Origin: an uncultured Flavobacteriaceae bacterium
GTDB taxonomy: Bacteria; Bacteroidota; Bacteroidia; Flavobacteriales; Flavobacteriaceae
Direction of reading: 5' to 3'
DNA: 64,000 nt
Assembly: GCA_938084555.1 (NCBI GenBank)
Contig: CALKFR010000024.1
Coordinates: forward strand, 1,824-65,823
The notes below the pieces were generated by a model, which worked only from the letters and a program-made list of their open reading frames with translations, was not told where the DNA came from and made no database searches. The translations under genes were made by a program, and so were the position numbers. Positions within the stretch are counted from its first letter, which is position 1; the number at the start of each line of letters is the position of its first letter. This document shows positions 10,183 through 19,612 of the stretch, piece by piece.

Positions 10183-10614
10183 TTATAAAGAAAGCCATTG
10201 ATTCCATGGAATTTTTGATAAAATCAAAAGAAGACCAATTCCATAAAAAATCGCAAAGGTTTTAAACTTTTTATCATCCTGGGTTTTTTTCTTATGTTTA
10301 GACCAGCCAATTGTAATAAATATTGTTGCTAAAATCATCATAACTGGATGTTCAATGGCTAGAAGCCTAGTTGCAGCATCCCCCATTACTTCACTTGTAT
10401 TACTTTTAAGTGCTTTATAATAAGGGCTAGAAAAGTACCAACCTAAACCAATAAGCAATTGAATATGTGAAAAAATTAAGGTAAATAAACCAAGCCTAAG
10501 ATCTTTGTCTGAGAAAGCTTTCTTTTTTAGAAGTCCAAAAATTGCATTTGCAACAGTTATTATTAAAACAACTAGTACTAAATATGCCCAATAGGAATGT
10601 ATTAGTTTCATCAT
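10183..10614 (-). CDS. conserved 4-TM membrane protein with His residues (cytochrome b-like?)
   Basis: Four hydrophobic helices, HSYW, HIQLLIG, EHP. Confidence 0.7.
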   Translation of the reverse strand: MMKLIHSYWAYLVLVVLIITVANAIFGLLKKKAFSDKDLRLGLFTLIFSHIQLLIGLGWYFSSPYYKALKSNTSEVMGDAATRLLAIEHPVMMILATIFITIGWSKHKKKTQDDKKFKTFAIFYGIGLLLILSKIPWNQWLSL

Positions 10615-10655
10615 ATTGTAAATTATTTTATTAATTAAAAATACTAAATTTATTC

Positions 10656-10688
10656 AAAAAAAAACCACCTTAAAAGTAAAGGTGGTTT
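10656..10688 (-). terminator. intrinsic terminator of TonB-dependent receptor gene
   Basis: aaaccacctt / aaggtggttt stem with A-run on + strand (U-tract on - strand). Confidence 0.88.
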
Positions 10689-10709
10689 ATATAATTTATA
10701 TAATTCTTA

Positions 10710-13436
10710 TTAGAAGTTATATCTTACTGTAAAGTTCCATGTTCTTCCAAAACCAAAGAAGGCCTTGTTGTTTGTGTTAATGCCACGGTAAGTAGGATCA
10801 TTTCCTTCAACAAAATTATTCGTTAAAGATTCTGCAAGATACACAGTATTACCAACATTATTTACATTTAATCTGAATTTCAGATCAGTATCATTTTTGA
10901 AATTAAACTTATAAGACATTCCTAAATCTCCTAAGAAATAGTTAGGTAGTTGAAGTGAACCATTGTTTACTTCATCTTGAAAATCTTCAGTATTGATGTC
11001 TGCATATAATCTTGCAGCATAACGGTGACTATAATCAATTTCAAAATTATCAGTAACGTCCCAATCAAAACCTAATCTTGCAGTAGTTTGAGCAGAGTTA
11101 CCAACCTTAACACCATCTAGGTATAAGTTTACAACACCTACTGGATCTACATCATCAAAAGCAGTTCCTGAAACATTCCCTGCATATTCCCAGTCACCAA
11201 CAGAAGCCATACCTACTAACTTGAAGTTATCACTTATTAAATATTCAAAGTCTAATTCAACTCCAGTATGTAATTGCTTTATCCCTTGGAGGTCAGCAGT
11301 ACCTCTTGTACTTCCATCACGGAATCCTACAGTTTTAAATCTATCTTTCCACTCTGTTCTGTAAACGTTTACGTTTGCACGAAGTTTTTCAGAGGTGTAC
11401 CCATATCCTAGTTCAAAACCAAAAACTTTTTCATTTCTGGTATTTGGGTTAATGTCATTTCTGAAATTTTGAAAAACTGCATCAATGAAAGGTTGTCTAG
11501 AATAGTCTCCCATGTTTACAAAAACATTATGATTTTCGTCAATATTCCAGTTTACACCCCCTTTAATATTTCCACCAATAAAGTTCTGCCAGTCAGTTTC
11601 TCTTTCTGGATCAGAATCTAAATAGTTAAAAGGATCTATTCGTTTAAAACCTTGTTGAGAAATACCTACCTGAACAAAAGCAGTAATATCATCAGAAGCA
11701 TATTCTAACTGGCTAAATGCACCAGCCCAACGAACTTTACCAATATTGTAGTAGTTGATTTTTTGCTCATCTTCTGTACTTCTAAAAACATTCCATTGTT
11801 GAGCTAAGTCAGAACTGTATGCTGTAGATTGGATATTTAAAGGATTGTTGATGTCATCATTATCACGATATCCGTCAGCTCCTAATAGATTGTCAACTCT
11901 TCTGTAATGATACCCTTTATATGAACGAAGGTCAATTCCAACGTCAAAGGTTAAGTTATCATTTATTTTTGTGTTGTAATTAGATAATATTCCAACCCAG
12001 TTGTGAGAATTTACAGAAGCTCTTCTAATAAATCCATTTCTTCTTTCTAAACCATTTGGCATACTGCTGTCGCTTAATTCATCATCGTTTACAATTTGTA
12101 AACCTGTAGATGGATCTGCAGGGTTTGTATAAGAATATCCACTACTAAAGTTTCCACCTAAACCTGAGTTAGCTCTTACAATTTCATCCCATTCAACTAA
12201 TCCAGTATCTGGATTTCTGAATCTGCTTGAACTCGCAAAATTTCCTCCCATTCTTCCAATATCTCCGGTTCCACCACCACGACCAAATGATACGTAAGCA
12301 GAAGTAGTTAAATTAGAAGTTTCGTTGATATCCCAAGACCAGTTAAAAGAAGAAACAGGTTTATGGTAGAAATTTTTTCTCCAGTTAAACTCTTCTCCAT
12401 TTAAATATCCATGATTATAGTTGTATTTTTTTCCATATTTTAAGTAATCACCTATATCCGCCATATTAAAGAAACTAGTTGTTCTTTGGTTGTGCGTTTG
12501 AGGTGCACCTGTTAACATGAATTGGAAATTGTGAGCTCCTTTGTCCCATCCAAGACCAACAAAATAATTGAAACCTTCAAATTCAGTTCCATCTATATAT
12601 CCGTTACCAGCAGTTCTACTCATCAAAAATGAGGCAGCAAAACCATTTTCGTTTTTACCAGTACTGTATGAAGCTAAATTTTTGAAGTATCCGTCGTTAC
12701 CTATTGAAGACACAACTGAACCTCCTTCTTCAAGGTCTGTTGTCTTAGTAATGATATTTATGGTACCCCCTACTGAAGATATTGCTAGTTTAGAAGAACC
12801 TAATCCTCTTTGAACTTGCATTGCAGTGGTAACATCTGATAAACCAGACCAGTTAGACCAGTAAACTCTACCATTTTCCATGTCATTAACTGGTACTCCA
12901 TTGATAAGCACAGCAATGTTTTCTTGAGCGAAACCACGAATTGTTATTCTTGAATCTCCAAAACCACCCCCAGATTTAGTTGCATAAACTGATGGAGTAT
13001 TGTTTAAGAGTTCAGGAAATTCTTGAGAACCTAATTTATCTTGAATTTCTGCTGCTTTAATTGTAGATTTAGCTACAGGTGTTTGCCTGTCTTTTGCAAT
13101 GTCAACAACACCTCTTAAAACTACTTCTTCTAGGATGTCTCCATCTTCACTTAATTTAACGCTTCCCAAATCAGAGGAGCCTGTAAAAGAAATTTCCATG
13201 GTTTTAAATCCTAAATAAGAAATTACAATAGTTCCACTTTCTGAAGAAGAGGTTAATGTAAATTTCCCGTCAAAATTTGTTTCAGTTCCATTAGTTGTAC
13301 CCTTAATTACAACTGATGCTCCTGGTAATCCTTCATTGGAATTGTCAACGATAGTACCAGAGATTTTTGTTTGGCCAATTACTGTGGCAGCCATAAACAA
13401 TAAAGCTACGAATAATAAGTTCTTAAAATTTTTCAT
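10710..13436 (-). CDS. TonB-dependent outer membrane receptor with N-terminal CarboxypepD_reg-like domain
   Basis: Signal peptide, GLPGASVVIKGTTNGTETNFDG domain, plug ITIRGF...VLINGVP, C-terminal YNF. Confidence 0.93.
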   Translation of the reverse strand: MKNFKNLLFVALLFMAATVIGQTKISGTIVDNSNEGLPGASVVIKGTTNGTETNFDGKFTLTSSSESGTIVISYLGFKTMEISFTGSSDLGSVKLSEDGDILEEVVLRGVVDIAKDRQTPVAKSTIKAAEIQDKLGSQEFPELLNNTPSVYATKSGGGFGDSRITIRGFAQENIAVLINGVPVNDMENGRVYWSNWSGLSDVTTAMQVQRGLGSSKLAISSVGGTINIITKTTDLEEGGSVVSSIGNDGYFKNLASYSTGKNENGFAASFLMSRTAGNGYIDGTEFEGFNYFVGLGWDKGAHNFQFMLTGAPQTHNQRTTSFFNMADIGDYLKYGKKYNYNHGYLNGEEFNWRKNFYHKPVSSFNWSWDINETSNLTTSAYVSFGRGGGTGDIGRMGGNFASSSRFRNPDTGLVEWDEIVRANSGLGGNFSSGYSYTNPADPSTGLQIVNDDELSDSSMPNGLERRNGFIRRASVNSHNWVGILSNYNTKINDNLTFDVGIDLRSYKGYHYRRVDNLLGADGYRDNDDINNPLNIQSTAYSSDLAQQWNVFRSTEDEQKINYYNIGKVRWAGAFSQLEYASDDITAFVQVGISQQGFKRIDPFNYLDSDPERETDWQNFIGGNIKGGVNWNIDENHNVFVNMGDYSRQPFIDAVFQNFRNDINPNTRNEKVFGFELGYGYTSEKLRANVNVYRTEWKDRFKTVGFRDGSTRGTADLQGIKQLHTGVELDFEYLISDNFKLVGMASVGDWEYAGNVSGTAFDDVDPVGVVNLYLDGVKVGNSAQTTARLGFDWDVTDNFEIDYSHRYAARLYADINTEDFQDEVNNGSLQLPNYFLGDLGMSYKFNFKNDTDLKFRLNVNNVGNTVYLAESLTNNFVEGNDPTYRGINTNNKAFFGFGRTWNFTVRYNF

Positions 13437-13640
13437 TATTGAATGTTAATGTTATTAATACTCTGCAAAAGTCTTTTATTTTGAGAGTTGAAATGTTAAT
13501 TTAATGTTAAAAATTAGCAAAATATTAACTTTTTAAAAGTAGTTTTTTTTTATGAGAAAACTGTTTTTATTATGGTTAATTGTTAAGTTGTTTATTAACA
13601 TAAACTTAAACAAAAGTATAAAAAAAAAACAAAAGAGAGT

Positions 13641-15212
13641 TTATTCTTTATTTAAAAGCTTTTTTGCCAATTCTTTTCCTAGTTCTACACCAAACTGATC
13701 ATAGCTAAAGATATTCCAAACAACGCCTTGAACAAATATTTTATGTTCGTACATTGCTATTAATTCTCCTAAGGATTCAGGGGTTAGTTTTTTAAATAAA
13801 ATAGCATTACTAGGTCTATTGCCTTCAAACACTTTATAGGGCAGAAGTTTGTTAATAGCTGAACCCTCTCCTGAAGTTTTAAGTTCTAGATGAACATCTT
13901 CTTTAGATTTTCCAAAAGCTAAAGCATCCATTTGCGCATTATAATTGGCCATTAACTTTTGATGATGATCACATAATCCATATAAAGAGGTTTCATAACC
14001 AATAAAATCTGATGGAATTAATTTTGTTCCTTGATGAACTAATTGCATAAATGCGTGCTGCATATTAGTACCTGTACTACCCCAAACAATAGTTCCTGTT
14101 TGATAATTTACCGGGGTTCCATTTCTATCCACACTTTTACCATTACTCTCCATAATGGCCTGTTGTAGATAAGGGGCTAACTTAGTTAAATACTGAGTGT
14201 AAGGAAGGATTGCCTCGGATTCTGCATTGTAAAAATTGTTATACCAAATACTTAATAAAGCTAAGATTACAGGAATATTTTCATTAAATGAACTTTCTTT
14301 AAAATGGAGGTCCATTTTTTCAGCACCATCTAAAAGAGCTTTGTAATGTTCAAAACCTACAGATAAACTTATAGATAATCCCACGGCAGACCATAAAGAG
14401 AAACGCCCCCCGACCCAATTCCACATTGGAAATACATTTTTAGGATCTATTCCAAAGGCATCAATAGCATCTGAATTTGTTGAAACTGCAACAAAATGTT
14501 TAGCAATATCAAATTGAGATCCTGATGTTAAAAACCAATTTTTTATGGTATTGGCATTGGTAATTGTTTCTTGTGTAGTAAAAGTTTTTGATACAATCAC
14601 AAATAATGTTGTCTCTGGGTTTAATTTTTTTAAAACCTCAGAAACATGATCTCCATCTATGTTAGAAACAAAGTGAGTTGTTAAGTGGTTTTTATAATAT
14701 TGTAATGCTTCAACAATCATATCTGGTCCAAGATCTGAACCTCCAATTCCAATATTTACGATATCGGTTATTTTCTTTCCTGTATAGCCTTTCCAGTCTC
14801 CTGAGATTACTTTATTTGAAAAAGCTCTTATTTTTCTTAGTGCTTTTCTAATTTCTGGTTTGATATTCTTTCCATTTACTAGTAATTCATTTTCTGAGTT
14901 ACTTCTTAAAGCAGTATGCAAAACAGCTCTATTTTCTGTTTCGTTAATAATATCTCCAGAAAAATAACGATCAATAGCATCATTTAACTGAACTTCATTT
15001 GCTAGTTCAACTAATAAATCAATGGTTTTTTGAGTAACCCTATTCTTTGAAAAATCTAACAATAAGTCGTTAAAAGCTATTGAGAAATACTTTGCTCGAT
15101 TAGGGTTTTCCTTAAATGCTTCTTTTAGAGAAAAGGAATTCATTTCTTTAAAATGAGAAGCTAATTTTTTCCAAGCTTTTGTTGTTGAAGGGTTTATATT
15201 ATGTAGTGGCAT
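13641..15212 (-). CDS. pgi: glucose-6-phosphate isomerase
   Basis: IGIGGSDLGP, SKTFTTQET, WVGGRFSLWS, DQFGVELGK. Confidence 0.97.
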   Translation of the reverse strand: MPLHNINPSTTKAWKKLASHFKEMNSFSLKEAFKENPNRAKYFSIAFNDLLLDFSKNRVTQKTIDLLVELANEVQLNDAIDRYFSGDIINETENRAVLHTALRSNSENELLVNGKNIKPEIRKALRKIRAFSNKVISGDWKGYTGKKITDIVNIGIGGSDLGPDMIVEALQYYKNHLTTHFVSNIDGDHVSEVLKKLNPETTLFVIVSKTFTTQETITNANTIKNWFLTSGSQFDIAKHFVAVSTNSDAIDAFGIDPKNVFPMWNWVGGRFSLWSAVGLSISLSVGFEHYKALLDGAEKMDLHFKESSFNENIPVILALLSIWYNNFYNAESEAILPYTQYLTKLAPYLQQAIMESNGKSVDRNGTPVNYQTGTIVWGSTGTNMQHAFMQLVHQGTKLIPSDFIGYETSLYGLCDHHQKLMANYNAQMDALAFGKSKEDVHLELKTSGEGSAINKLLPYKVFEGNRPSNAILFKKLTPESLGELIAMYEHKIFVQGVVWNIFSYDQFGVELGKELAKKLLNKE

Positions 15213-15225
15213 TTTTATTATTTTA

Positions 15226-16467
15226 TTATTTTGTGAATTCTATATTGTCTAACTTAGTCTTAAAAGGATCTATGAACTTTAAATAGATAGGTTTTAGATT
15301 CTTTTTTAAGGGTTTAGCAGATGGAAGTTTTTGCTTAAATGGATCTACTTGTCTTCCATTTTTCCAGAAACGATAGCAAACATGAGGACCACTAGTGTTC
15401 CCCGTCATTCCTACCCAACCAATCACGTCACCTTGTTTTACATATTGTCCTCGTTTAACTTTTCTTCTACTCATGTGAAGATATTGAGTGGAATAGGTAT
15501 TGTTATGTCTAATTTTAACATAATTCCCATTGCCTCCTTTTCTTCTTGATTCAGTAACCTTTCCATTTGCAGTTGCCATAATTGGAGTTCCAACTTTTGC
15601 TGCAAAATCTGTTCCTTTGTGAGCCTTTACTCTCCCATAATACGCGATCTTTCTTCTTAAATTATATCTTGAGGAAACTCTATATTGAAATTTAATAGGA
15701 GATCTTAAAAACTGACTTCTCAATATATTTCCTTTATGATCATAGTATTCAGGAATTTTCTTAATGGAGTCAGGGACAAACCTGAAGGCATAGTAATCTT
15801 TATTATTATGATCGAAAAGCGCTGCTTTTACTTTTCCGTAACCAACAAATACACTATCATCTATAAATTTCTCCTCATAAATTAATTTAAATCGATCTCC
15901 TCTTTGAAGTTTTAAAAAATCTAAAGTCCAAGCATAAATATCTGCGACATCATAAGTTAAATTTGGATTTAAATGAAGACTATCCATGGCCTCAGATAAT
16001 GTAGAATAAATTTTACCAGAAACTTCTTTTTCAATGATTTTTATGGGTTTTCTATAGGTGTAGGCAACAATGGTAGAGTCTTTAAAATCTACTATTGTGG
16101 CATTTGCTTTACTGTTTTTGTAGATAAAAACTTTTGCTTTCTCAAGTGAATCTTTACTAGCTAGAATCATATAAGGTATTCCAGCCCTAATTCTTCTAAC
16201 ATCAAAGGTATCTTTAATCTTTTTTGCAATGGCATTTATTTTGGGATAATAAACATGATGTCTGTCTAGAATAATTCCAAAACTCTCTCCTTTTTTAATG
16301 GTGTCTTTAATCACCTTAAAATCGTTTAATCTGTAGCCAAATTCGTGAATAATTTTAGGTGTAGAAATAGCAGTATCATTGGAGTTGACTTCAGTATCTT
16401 CCTGGTTATCTTTACCACAGGACAGAACAATTAATAAAACAAAAAGAAGAATACTTAATTTTTTCAA
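15226..16467 (-). CDS. M23 family peptidoglycan DD-metalloendopeptidase lipoprotein (MepM-like)
   Basis: Lipobox VLSC; HKGTD and GPHVCY zinc motifs. Confidence 0.9.
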   Translation of the reverse strand: MKKLSILLFVLLIVLSCGKDNQEDTEVNSNDTAISTPKIIHEFGYRLNDFKVIKDTIKKGESFGIILDRHHVYYPKINAIAKKIKDTFDVRRIRAGIPYMILASKDSLEKAKVFIYKNSKANATIVDFKDSTIVAYTYRKPIKIIEKEVSGKIYSTLSEAMDSLHLNPNLTYDVADIYAWTLDFLKLQRGDRFKLIYEEKFIDDSVFVGYGKVKAALFDHNNKDYYAFRFVPDSIKKIPEYYDHKGNILRSQFLRSPIKFQYRVSSRYNLRRKIAYYGRVKAHKGTDFAAKVGTPIMATANGKVTESRRKGGNGNYVKIRHNNTYSTQYLHMSRRKVKRGQYVKQGDVIGWVGMTGNTSGPHVCYRFWKNGRQVDPFKQKLPSAKPLKKNLKPIYLKFIDPFKTKLDNIEFTK

Positions 16468-16513
16468 TGTTGTTAGATTTTATTCTTGAACAAGAACTCG
16501 GTAAAAATACAAC

Positions 16514-17290
16514 TTAATCGGTCATAATTTTAAAGGAATTTGCTAATCCTTTAAAAGCTTTTAATTCTGCTCTTAAAGATCCAACAGCAAGTGCTGCTTT
16601 TAATCTAACCGGGATTTTATTTTTATCATCTGTAACCCATATAGTTACACTTTCACTTTCTTTAAAAACTCTTCCAGATTGAACGATTGGACGTAATTTG
16701 ATTGTTTTTATTTTTCCAAATTTAGTTTTTATATATTCTTTCCCTAAAAAGCGAAGTTTAAAAGCAAACGTTTTAGAGTCAAAAAACATATTTAAATCAA
16801 TTTCATCGCCAGTTTTTATAGTATCAGTATTTATAGTTCTTAAATAGTAGAAGGCTGAAATCATATCTTGCACATCACCAAAAGAGACTTCTTTTGTGGT
16901 ATTGTATTTATAATCTTCAACAGTGGCAATTTTTGTTTCTTGATTAAATCTAGTATCTCTTTTAATAATATAACCCCCTTCATTAACATCTCTCTTAAAT
17001 AGATAGGGAGTTACTTTGTTATAATCAAAATAAGACTCGTAGGTATCTCTTACTTTAAAAAACCACCCAATAAAGTCACTAGTTTTACCAAAACCTTTTG
17101 CGTAAAAAACTTTTTTCCCATCTAAATCGGTTTCTTTTAATGTAAGCTCTGCAGTTCCTGCCTTAAAAAAACCACTGTAACTCATTTTATATTTTAACCA
17201 TTCTCCGGCTTTAAAAGGTTCAGCTAATTCTTGGCCATTAATTAGGGTATTTGAAAAGAGTAAAAGGTAGACTAAAAATATTTTCTTCAT
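16514..17290 (-). CDS. DUF3108-like secreted protein
   Basis: Signal peptide from MKKIFL; FKAGEWLKY, FFKVRDTYESY, WVTDDKNKIP. Confidence 0.8.
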   Translation of the reverse strand: MKKIFLVYLLLFSNTLINGQELAEPFKAGEWLKYKMSYSGFFKAGTAELTLKETDLDGKKVFYAKGFGKTSDFIGWFFKVRDTYESYFDYNKVTPYLFKRDVNEGGYIIKRDTRFNQETKIATVEDYKYNTTKEVSFGDVQDMISAFYYLRTINTDTIKTGDEIDLNMFFDSKTFAFKLRFLGKEYIKTKFGKIKTIKLRPIVQSGRVFKESESVTIWVTDDKNKIPVRLKAALAVGSLRAELKAFKGLANSFKIMTD

Positions 17291-17396
17291 ACACCCCAAA
17301 CATATAAAAATTGAATGAGAATCATCTAACTTAGAAAAACAAATACCCCCGAATTTAAGTATGGGAGCCTTTTTTTAACTTAAAATTATCATTTAT

Positions 17397-18314
17397 TTAA
17401 AATGTCCCCCAGTTTTTTAATTCTTCTTTAGACCATAAATAGGGGTAGAAGATTCTTCGCTGGTATTTAGGATGTAAGTATTTCCTCCAACTACTTCCCC
17501 CAGTAGCTTCCAATTCTTTTTCTTTACCCCCTAAATATTTTCCCGCAGCATCATAATGTGCTAATACCCATTTCACATTAACAGTATAATCATAATGTCG
17601 CATTGCTTTTATTAATCTTGCATCTTTTTGAACTTCCGCAGGTAATTGTTTAAATTTCTTTGATAAATTACACTCATTATAATCCTCCATAAAATCTATA
17701 AAATCTCCCATATACTTTTTGTCGAATAATTTTATTAATACTGATTTTTCGCCAGTTGAATGATTTTTCCCAGCTGCTTGCCAGTACAAGTGGTCATAAG
17801 CGTTTTTAAATGGAGAATTTCGATCAATAGTATCTCTATGCCGTGCATCAATTAAATTAATGAGTTCTGTAGATGCAAATTCTATCTTGCGATATTGTGC
17901 ACTTTGAAAACCACTTGCAGGAGTTAAGGTATTTCTAAATTTTAAATATTGCTCTCGCTCCATTCCGTCAGCCATTACAGTAAATGAATTGCTTAGCATA
18001 TCAAAATACCTGCTAATTCTCATCAAATGCATAGAAAACTTATCTGCACTAATTTCATCAGTTTTTGCAACTTGATCAATTTCCCATAAAATCATTTTAA
18101 ATAACAATTCATTAACCTGGTGATACATAATAAACACCATTTCGTCGGGTTGATCTGTTCTAGGGATCTGCAAACCTAATAGCGCATCAGTTTGAATATA
18201 ATCCCAATAGGTAATAGGGGTGCTCCACAGTAACCCCTCTAGCATAGCGTCTAAAGGAACTCCTAGTTTCTTATACTTGTTTTCTATCGCTTTTAATAGT
18301 TTGTCCTTACTCAT
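17397..18314 (-). CDS. kynA: tryptophan 2,3-dioxygenase family protein
   Basis: YWDYI, DEMVFIMYHQVNELLFK, FRNTLTPASGFQSAQYR, TGGS. Confidence 0.88.
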   Translation of the reverse strand: MSKDKLLKAIENKYKKLGVPLDAMLEGLLWSTPITYWDYIQTDALLGLQIPRTDQPDEMVFIMYHQVNELLFKMILWEIDQVAKTDEISADKFSMHLMRISRYFDMLSNSFTVMADGMEREQYLKFRNTLTPASGFQSAQYRKIEFASTELINLIDARHRDTIDRNSPFKNAYDHLYWQAAGKNHSTGEKSVLIKLFDKKYMGDFIDFMEDYNECNLSKKFKQLPAEVQKDARLIKAMRHYDYTVNVKWVLAHYDAAGKYLGGKEKELEATGGSSWRKYLHPKYQRRIFYPYLWSKEELKNWGTF

Positions 18315-18348
18315 ATATTCAAAGTTATCAATCCTTTTTACTTGGAAA

Positions 18349-19509
18349 TTACAATGTTCCTCTTTTAGCCTGTTCTCTCTCTATGGACTCAAATAAAGCT
18401 TTGAAATTTCCTGCACCAAACCCTTTAGCTCCCATTCGTTGAATAATCTCAAAAAATAGGGTAGGTCTATCTTCGATGGGTTTTGTGAAGATTTGCAATA
18501 AATATCCCTCTTCATCTGCATCAATCATAATCCCTAATGCTTTTAATTTTTCAATATCCTCTCTTAATTCATGACTAAACTCCTCCAATCGATCTGGAAC
18601 AGCTTTGTAATACTCCTCTGGTGGAGTTGACAAAAACTCAACCCCATTAGATTTTAATTGACTCACGGTTTTTAAAATATCATCAGTGGCTACAGCAATA
18701 TGTTGTACTCCTGCCCCTTCGTAAAAATCAAGATATTCCTCTATTTGTGAACGTTTTTTCCCTTCTGCAGGTTCATTAATTGGAAACTTTATTCGCCCAT
18801 TTCCGTTAGACATTACTTTACTCATTAGTGCAGAATATTCGGTATGAATCTGTTTGTCATCAAATGATAAGAAGTTTTCAAACCCCATCACTTCTTCATA
18901 CCATTTTACCCAAACATCCATTTGATTCCATCCTACATTTCCAACCATATGATCTATATATTTTAACCCTGCAGTTGGAGGGTTGTAATCTGATTTCCAT
19001 TCCTGAAAACCAGGCATAAATATCCCGTTATAGTTTTTACGTTCAATAAACATATGAACTGTTTCTCCATAGGTGTAAATTCCTGCTTTTACAACTTCTC
19101 CGTATTCGTCGGTTTCAACGGTAGGCTTTAAATAGGATTTTGCGCCTCTTGAGGTAGTTTCCTCATAGGCTTTTTTGGCGTCTTCAACCCAAAGGGCTAT
19201 TACTTTAACCCCATCTCCATGCTTTACAATATGATCATTAATTATTGATTTACTATTCAAAGGCGTAGTTAATACCAGACGAATTTTATCTTGTTTTAAT
19301 ACATAGCTTACAGCATCTTTAGATCCAGTTTCCAACCCTTTATATGCATAAGACTGGAACCCGAAAGCTGTTTTATAAAAATGAGCAGCTTGTTTTGCAT
19401 TTCCTACATAAAATTCTACATAATCAGTACCTAATAATGGAAGAAAGTCTTGCGCTCCTTTAAATATTTTTTCTAGACCGTAGTCTACAGATGTTATTTT
19501 TTTTGACAT
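18349..19509 (-). CDS. hppD: 4-hydroxyphenylpyruvate dioxygenase
   Basis: IDHMVGNV, GVQHIA, FFEIIQR, GFGAGNFKALFE. Confidence 0.97.
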   Translation of the reverse strand: MSKKITSVDYGLEKIFKGAQDFLPLLGTDYVEFYVGNAKQAAHFYKTAFGFQSYAYKGLETGSKDAVSYVLKQDKIRLVLTTPLNSKSIINDHIVKHGDGVKVIALWVEDAKKAYEETTSRGAKSYLKPTVETDEYGEVVKAGIYTYGETVHMFIERKNYNGIFMPGFQEWKSDYNPPTAGLKYIDHMVGNVGWNQMDVWVKWYEEVMGFENFLSFDDKQIHTEYSALMSKVMSNGNGRIKFPINEPAEGKKRSQIEEYLDFYEGAGVQHIAVATDDILKTVSQLKSNGVEFLSTPPEEYYKAVPDRLEEFSHELREDIEKLKALGIMIDADEEGYLLQIFTKPIEDRPTLFFEIIQRMGAKGFGAGNFKALFESIEREQAKRGTL

Positions 19510-19612
19510 AATTTAGTATTAATTTGTGATTAAAATTTTTGCTAAACACTCAGCAAAAGATTACCACATGGCTCTTATTTGAGCCGTTATGTCTATTTTT
19601 TTTTCAAACATA

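Noticed and set aside
13641-15212. Pgi somewhat short at the C-terminus (possible pseudogene)
   Set aside because: All catalytic motifs, including the terminal GVELGK Lys, are present and there is no sign of a frameshifted continuation.
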